Source: Anaerolineae bacterium (lineage in GTDB: Bacteria; Chloroflexota; Anaerolineae; UBA1429). From it: a stretch of 58,650 bases of DNA. Shown here piece by piece: positions 55,043 to 58,650 of the stretch. Position 1 is the first letter of the stretch. Every line of letters starts with the position of its first letter. The notes under the pieces were generated by a model that was given only the letters and a program-made list of their open reading frames with translations, searched no databases and had not been told where the DNA came from. The DNA lies in contig SLPC01000188.1 of the NCBI GenBank assembly GCA_007132185.1, positions 1-58,650 on the forward strand, read 5' to 3'. The translations under genes were made by a program, and so were the position numbers.

Positions 55043-55858
55043 ATGAAGACGAGAGTGTGGCCGGTAGTCGTCGTATTGGTGTTGGTGATGGTGGCCCTGG
55101 TTGCCATCGGTGCGACCTCGGCGGATGTGCTATTTGGTCGTCAAGCAATGGGGCCCGGCCCCGAGGAGGCGGTGGAGGCATTCTACAATGCATACCTGGC
55201 CTACAGCGAGACTGGCAACCCGATGGTGGATCGCGCGTATCGCGAGATGCCCGGTCTGTCGTCAGAGTTCGTAGCCGAGATGGATGCGCTGTTCGAGCAG
55301 GAACCGATCTTTTTTGATCCGTTCCTCTGTGCCCAGGACGTGCCCATGAATGTGTCGGTGAGTTACCCGCACATCGAGGGGCGCGAGGCGATGGTAGAGG
55401 TCGCCACGATCTGGTACGGCAACTCGATGGCGTCGCTACTGACGATCGAGCTAGCCCAAAACGGTGGCGAGTGGGAGATCACTAGCATCCGGTGTGATGC
55501 GAGCCGACAGCGTCCTCTTGAGGCGGGTGAGACAGTGGAGGCGTTCTACAGCATCTATATCGAGCGCTCTATGCGAGAGAACCCATTGGTTACCGGCAGC
55601 TATGCGCACATGCCCTATCTCTCGGCCGAGTTCGTCACCTCCGTTGGTGACACACTGGCTGGCATGCAGGGCGGGGGCTTTGACCCAATCGTGCTGGCCC
55701 AGGACGTGCCGATGTGGGTGCAGGTTGAGCATGAGCATTTTGCCGCGAACCGTGCCACAGTCACGGTTGGTAGCAGCTTTGAGGGGCATCGATTGGATGT
55801 CGAGCTGATCCAGCGCAACGAGGTATGGGAGATCATCGGAGTATCGCACGCCGACTAG
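55043..55858 (+). CDS. Secreted/anchored protein with two DUF3828-like domains
   Basis: Hydrophobic N-terminus, then an internal duplication: VEAFY..Y...NP.V...Y..MP.LS.EFV...FDP...AQDVP...WEI occurs twice. Confidence 0.7.
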   Translation: MKTRVWPVVVVLVLVMVALVAIGATSADVLFGRQAMGPGPEEAVEAFYNAYLAYSETGNPMVDRAYREMPGLSSEFVAEMDALFEQEPIFFDPFLCAQDVPMNVSVSYPHIEGREAMVEVATIWYGNSMASLLTIELAQNGGEWEITSIRCDASRQRPLEAGETVEAFYSIYIERSMRENPLVTGSYAHMPYLSAEFVTSVGDTLAGMQGGGFDPIVLAQDVPMWVQVEHEHFAANRATVTVGSSFEGHRLDVELIQRNEVWEIIGVSHAD

Positions 55859-55877
55859 ACCCAGAGCTTGAGAGCCA

Positions 55878-55909
55878 ACGAGGGGGCTTGCTTCGGCAGG
55901 CCCCCTCGT
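55878..55909 (+). terminator. Strong hairpin with a cUUCGg tetraloop
   Basis: ACGAGGGGGCTTGC-TTCG-GCAGGCCCCCTCGT about 20 nt after the stop; no clear U tract. Confidence 0.65.
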
Positions 55910-56023
55910 CGTGCATACAGATGATGTGGGGGGCGCGCAGGCTGGTCAGCGGGGCCTGCAGGCGCTATGATGGGAACGTTATCGAACACGAGCGTTGTAC
56001 AACACGGTATGGGAGAATGCAGC

Positions 56024-58528
56024 ATGGCACATCCCGTTGGGCCCAACGATTTCCCCGCGATTCGCTGGCATGGCCATTGGATCTGGCTGCCCGAAGAGCC
56101 TGTCGAGCCCAGCGGCTTTTGGTCGGCGGGCGTCAGGCCGCAATCCCCAGAGACCCACGGCCACTTTCGCAAGACGTTTCACCTCGATCAGGTGCCATCG
56201 CGGGTGCCGGCGCGAATCACCGCCGACTCGCGCTATCTGCTGTTTGTCAACGGCGAGCCCGTGGGGCGCGGCCCGATTCGGAGCCAACCGCGTCGCATGC
56301 ACTATGACCTGTACGATCTGGCGCCCTATCTCCACACTGGAGAGAACCTCATTGCCGTGTACGTGCGTTACTATGGCGCCGCCAACTCTTACTGGATGCC
56401 GCCCGTTCCTAACAACACCCTGGGTACCACGGGTATCCTCGTGTTCGAAGCAGACCTAACCAAAGTCTGGGATGAGGCGCAAGGCCAGGAGGGCTGGCTG
56501 GTCAGCGACGATAGCTGGCGGGCGCACAAGACTGATGCCTACAACGAGGGAGGGGATGATCCCCACCACCATGGCGTGCCGGTGGATCTGTTTGATGCCC
56601 GACACTCTGACAGCCGCTGGATCGAGCCTGACTATGACGATAGCGCATGGGGAGCTGCTCAACCTGTGCCCGCCTGCCATATTGGCGGCTTTCGCCGCAC
56701 CCAGCCGCCCACTGATCCCTATGGCCCTCTCTATCCCCGGCCCATCGCGCAATTGGGTGGGGAACTGCGTCGGCCGGCGAGCAGCCTGCTAGAGACCCTC
56801 TCCGGTGCAATGGACAGCGTCTCTACGAGGCCGATGGCGCGGGTACGGGCGGCGTTGGACCTGTCCGTGGACGCCTCCCGCGCTGCCACGTTCCCGATTG
56901 AGTTTGATCTTTCGACAGACGGTCCCGTGCGGCTGAGCGTCGACATGGGACGCATCGTCTCGGGGCAGGTCGAGTTCGATATCGACGCTCCCGCCGGTAC
57001 GGTGCTCGATTTCTCCTTTACAGAAGACCCGCTGCAGGCGAGCTTTACCATGGATCGCATGGCCGCCGGAATGCGCTATACTGCCCGCGGCAAGGACGAT
57101 CGCTTTCAACTGTTCGACTCGCAGGGCCTGCGCTATATATACATTCTGGTGCATGGCGTCAAAGGACAGGTGATTCTGCGAGATCTGGGCGTAAGAGAGC
57201 TGCTCTACCCCTGGCAGCAAGGGGCTACCTTCTCGTGCAGTGACGAGGAGCTGAACCGCATTTGGCAGGCCGGTGTGCGCACCGTAGAGCTCAACTCCCA
57301 CGATGCTTTTATCGATTGCCCCACCCGTGAGCAGCGAGCCTGGGTGGGCGATGGTGTGGTGCATCAGATGGTCCACCTGGCCACCAACTGCGACTGGCGC
57401 CTGGCGGTCCACTTTTGCACGCTGGGCAACTCGCCGCGCTATGATGGGATCCTGCCCATGACGGTGGCCGGCGATATCGAGATGAGCGGCATCTACACCA
57501 TCCCCGATTGGTCGCTCCACTGGGTGCATGGCGTCTACAATCTCTACCGCTTTCTCGGCGACCGCGACGCCATGCAGGCGTTCCTACCCACCATCGAGCG
57601 CATCCTGCGTTGGTATGCGCCCTATCAGACGGCGCAGGGCGTGCTCAAGGACGTGCCCGAGTGGAACCTGGTGGACTGGTCCAGCGTGTCCACCGAGCAC
57701 GAGGCGGCGACGCTGACGGCCCTCTGGGCCCGGGGCCTGCGCGAGTATGCCGAGCTGGCCGGTTGGCTCGACAATGACGGCAGCCGGCGCTGGGCCGACG
57801 ACCTGTACAAGCGGGCTCTAGCCGGGTTCGAGCGCTTTTGGGATGCCGAGCGCGGCTCGTATGTGGACCACATCGTTGACGGCCACAAGCGCCCGGAGAT
57901 GAGCCAGTTGGCCGGCGCCCTGGGCATCGTGTCGGGCCTCGCGCCGCGTGAGCGATGGACCCAGATCGTCGAGACCATCACCGACCCCGAGCGCCTGGTG
58001 ATGCGGGCCTGGACCGGCGACAACCAGGGCGGCCAGTCGATGGAGAAATGGATGGCCCAGGTGCGCGAGGGACGCTATGATATCGACTGGGATGTCGAGT
58101 CGCAGATCGTGCTGGCGCAACCGTTCATGTCCTACGTCGTGCACGATGCCGTGGCGCTGGCGGGCCGCGCCGCGCGCCTGCCCGACCTCTACCGGCGCTG
58201 GTCCCAATTCTTGGTGGATGGCTATGATACGCTCGGCGAGTGTTGGGACTATGGCACTCACGTGCATGGCTGGGCCTGCACGCCCACGCGGGACATGGTG
58301 TTCTATACGCTGGGTGTCACACCGGCCGAGCCGGGCTATGCGGTCGCGCGGGTGGCGCCCCGGTTGGGCGGCCTGGTCTGGGCCCGGGGCAGCGTTCCCA
58401 CGCCCCACGGCCTGATCCATGTAGAGGCGCGCCCCGACGGCGTCACCATCGAGTCTCCCGTGCCGGTGCACCTGGCGCTGGAGGGGCAACCGGAGCGCAC
58501 GCTGGAGGCGGGGCGGCACGTCGTGTAG
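56024..58528 (+). CDS. GH78 alpha-L-rhamnosidase-family glycoside hydrolase
   Basis: FRKTF, ITADSRYLLFVNG..GRGP, DCPTREQRAWVGD, VDWS, HVHGW, GSVPTPHGLI. ATG at 56024 after GGGAGA. Confidence 0.88.
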   Translation: MAHPVGPNDFPAIRWHGHWIWLPEEPVEPSGFWSAGVRPQSPETHGHFRKTFHLDQVPSRVPARITADSRYLLFVNGEPVGRGPIRSQPRRMHYDLYDLAPYLHTGENLIAVYVRYYGAANSYWMPPVPNNTLGTTGILVFEADLTKVWDEAQGQEGWLVSDDSWRAHKTDAYNEGGDDPHHHGVPVDLFDARHSDSRWIEPDYDDSAWGAAQPVPACHIGGFRRTQPPTDPYGPLYPRPIAQLGGELRRPASSLLETLSGAMDSVSTRPMARVRAALDLSVDASRAATFPIEFDLSTDGPVRLSVDMGRIVSGQVEFDIDAPAGTVLDFSFTEDPLQASFTMDRMAAGMRYTARGKDDRFQLFDSQGLRYIYILVHGVKGQVILRDLGVRELLYPWQQGATFSCSDEELNRIWQAGVRTVELNSHDAFIDCPTREQRAWVGDGVVHQMVHLATNCDWRLAVHFCTLGNSPRYDGILPMTVAGDIEMSGIYTIPDWSLHWVHGVYNLYRFLGDRDAMQAFLPTIERILRWYAPYQTAQGVLKDVPEWNLVDWSSVSTEHEAATLTALWARGLREYAELAGWLDNDGSRRWADDLYKRALAGFERFWDAERGSYVDHIVDGHKRPEMSQLAGALGIVSGLAPRERWTQIVETITDPERLVMRAWTGDNQGGQSMEKWMAQVREGRYDIDWDVESQIVLAQPFMSYVVHDAVALAGRAARLPDLYRRWSQFLVDGYDTLGECWDYGTHVHGWACTPTRDMVFYTLGVTPAEPGYAVARVAPRLGGLVWARGSVPTPHGLIHVEARPDGVTIESPVPVHLALEGQPERTLEAGRHVV

Positions 58529-58650
58529 CGAGGGTATACCAGTAACCGGCAGGAGCGATTGGGGGCGATGCTGACGCTGTCTTTAGCATAACGCTGGCTT
58601 CAGCATACATCGCCCATCGGCCCGGTGGCGGATCACCTACAGCTTGTCAG

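Overview
A gene-dense, GC-rich bacterial chromosome segment, most consistent with Chloroflexota (Anaerolineae-like). That assignment is an inference from the short EF-Ts, the gene complement and the protein style. No rRNA, tRNA, CRISPR array or transposase was recognised. Left part: a minus-strand Trm112/peptidase/mutM/ThiF operon diverges from the rpsB-tsf-pyrH-frr-uppS-cdsA cluster. That cluster ends in a 7TM-sensor/HTH protein with no kinase domain, where dxr-rseP commonly lie. Next come mutS, a PHP protein, a D-2-hydroxyacid dehydrogenase, an AEC transporter, an M20 peptidase, an Eis-like acetyltransferase, a URO-D-like protein, an archaeal-type purO and carD. Middle: a minus-strand cluster holds an enolase homolog and a MOFRL glycerate-kinase homolog, both with remodelled active sites, followed by a sulfatase and a DinB protein. 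It diverges from an apparently lower-GC stress/dormancy-like block: two cytidylate-kinase-like paralogs, an S2P-CBS protease, a PRTase, a tandem USP and a full-length 2861-aa cyclic beta-1,2-glucan synthase. Right part: HtrA, an RraA/PPC/Gfo-AKR cluster, a GH4 with a BadF-type kinase, a NucS-like gene remnant, an orphan OppB-OppC fused permease, a tandem-domain secreted protein and a GH78. The best candidates for undescribed biology are the divergent enolase/kinase pair, the Cgs-containing stress locus and the 7TM-HTH one-component regulator. All calls come from motif recognition by eye; no searches were run.
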